From Sandaracinaceae bacterium (GTDB taxonomy: Bacteria > Myxococcota_A > Polyangia > Polyangiales > Sandaracinaceae): a stretch of DNA of 38,578 bases. A program made the position numbers and the translations under genes. The first letter of the stretch is position 1, and each line of letters opens with the position of its first letter. The notes under the pieces are model-generated. The model was not told where the DNA came from and searched no databases. It worked only from the letters and a program-made list of their open reading frames with translations. Below, piece by piece: positions 37,165 to 38,578 of the stretch. Location of the stretch: NCBI GenBank assembly GCA_044220955.1, contig JBGAQA010000044.1, positions 1 through 38,578 of the forward strand. The letters run 5' to 3'.

Positions 37165-38184
37165 TCAGCCGCAGAAGTGATCGGCGCGGCACGTGTAGCC
37201 GAAGCCGCTCGGGCACTCGCAGGTCATCGCGCAGCCGGTCCAGCAGTGGTGGCTGCCCGAGCAGCGTCCGTCGTCGAGCCCGATCGCGCCGCAGTCCGAG
37301 TCCTGGGTGCAGGCGATGCCGAAGCCGGCACCGTCGCGGTGGCTCTCGCACGTCGCGTACGCCTCGGGGACGGTGCAGTAGGTGGTCGCGGGGTAGCCCG
37401 AGAGGCTGACGCGCGCCTCGGAGAGGACGCCGCACGTGCCGCACGACGCCGCGCTGGTGCCCTGCGACAGGCAGAACCCTCCCGGGCGTCGGACGCCGCC
37501 GAACGACATCGGCACGCAGCGCGACACGCTCCCCGAGCACTCGCTGTCGGCGAGGCAGGGCGAGCAGTCGGCGATGCTGTGGACCGTGGTCGTGGTGCAC
37601 GAGCCGGTCGCCGGATCGCAGCTGTGCGTGCCGCAGGGCGTCTCGTCGCGGACCGTGCACGCGACGCACGCGCCCGCCGAGCAGATGCCGCGTCCGGCGA
37701 CGTGCGCGCAGTCTGCGTTGGTCGCGCAGGGCCCGCAGGTATGGCTGGCGGGGTCGCAGACCGCCGCCGTGCCGGGGCAGTCGGTGCTCGAGAGGCACGC
37801 CACGCACGCGTGGGCGGTCGGCTCGCAGAAGGGCGACGGCGCCGAGCAGTCGGACGGGTCGCGGCACGCGACGCAGGTCTCGCCGAGGCAGAAGGGCGTC
37901 GCGCCGGAGCACGCGCCGTCGCAGGGCACGTGCGCGTCCGTTCCGGCGTCGCTCCCGGCGTCGGCTCCGGCATCGTCCGCCACGACCGCCGCATCGCGGC
38001 CGCCGTCGATGCTCGCGTCGCGCCCCGCGTCCCCAGCGCCTCCGCCGTCGCTCGCCCCGCCCTCGTCCTCGAGCGCGACGCACGCGGCCCCGACCTGCGC
38101 GAACCCGGGCGGACAGGCCGCGGGCGCGCAGCCGAGGCCGAGCACGAGAGCGAGGAGCGAGGCGAGCAAGAGCGGACGCGTCAT
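37165..38184 (-). CDS. Cys-rich repeat lipoprotein
   Basis: Start MTRPLLLASLLALVLGLGC; DAG linker; repeated CVAC...DC units. Confidence 0.8.
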   Translation of the reverse strand: MTRPLLLASLLALVLGLGCAPAACPPGFAQVGAACVALEDEGGASDGGGAGDAGRDASIDGGRDAAVVADDAGADAGSDAGTDAHVPCDGACSGATPFCLGETCVACRDPSDCSAPSPFCEPTAHACVACLSSTDCPGTAAVCDPASHTCGPCATNADCAHVAGRGICSAGACVACTVRDETPCGTHSCDPATGSCTTTTVHSIADCSPCLADSECSGSVSRCVPMSFGGVRRPGGFCLSQGTSAASCGTCGVLSEARVSLSGYPATTYCTVPEAYATCESHRDGAGFGIACTQDSDCGAIGLDDGRCSGSHHCWTGCAMTCECPSGFGYTCRADHFCG

Positions 38185-38194
38185 GGCCTCACCA

Positions 38195-38578
38195 TCAGTT
38201 GAGCGAGCAGAAACCGCCCGTACAAGTGTAGTGGCTCGCACACGCCCCGCCTCTGCAAGGGCAGTCCGACGTCGTCGTGCACTCGACGGTGCAGTAGTGG
38301 TTGCTGCTCGTGTCGAGGCGGCAGAACCCGTCGGCGATTCCCGGGGCGCCGCAGCTCGGATCGGCGCTGGTGCCCGTCGTCGGACCCGTGCACTGGCCAC
38401 CCGCCCCCGTCCCGCCGGTCCGGAAGTCACCGAGGGCGGGACAGGACGTGACCGCCAGCAGACACGTGCTCGCGGCGACACCGTCCACGCTCGTCGTCGC
38501 CGTGGCGCTCACGTAGGGCGCGACGCTCGCGCAGTTCCCGTTCGGCGCGCCAGATCCGGCGGCGTCCTGCCGCCACGC
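38195..38578 (-). CDS. Cys-rich protein, C-terminal part (5' end outside window)
   Basis: Frame open to the window edge; Cys pattern similar to the C-terminus of the adjacent lipoprotein (CG..G..DG.C...H.C...C....CP). Confidence 0.7.
   Translation of the reverse strand, partial: AWRQDAAGSGAPNGNCASVAPYVSATATTSVDGVAASTCLLAVTSCPALGDFRTGGTGAGGQCTGPTTGTSADPSCGAPGIADGFCRLDTSSNHYCTVECTTTSDCPCRGGACASHYTCTGGFCSLN

Overview
Very GC-rich chromosomal segment that looks myxobacterial (Myxococcota, probably Polyangiales/Sandaracinaceae-like). This is inferred from a MYXO-CTERM tag, many Cys-rich and DxDxDG surface lipoproteins, and PEGA/TPR proteins. About 37 genuine CDSs are supported; most long ORFs in the six-frame track are GC-rich shadow ORFs. 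Recognisable content: a MepA-type endopeptidase, a ferredoxin reductase-MerR-diiron enzyme operon with a candidate operator, two type II toxin-antitoxin pairs, a LytS/LytTR two-component system, argA, argE, pirin, an alpha/beta hydrolase with a divergent LuxR regulator, and several surface lipoproteins. No rRNA, tRNA, CRISPR array, transposase or integrase was seen. The most unusual items are: (1) a helicase-less AEP primase-polymerase fused to an intact HAD phosphatase (29288-30697); (2) a signal peptidase I homologue with Gly at both catalytic positions; (3) a stand-alone type III secretion SctR whose Met-Met-Met gate reads Leu-Ser-Ala; (4) a TraB-like OmpA/TSP3 gene coupled to a NIDO-domain MYXO-CTERM protein; (5) a Spo0M-like protein with QPMMG low-complexity tracts and duplicated Tudor-like domains. 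All family calls come from motif recognition by eye; no searches were run.
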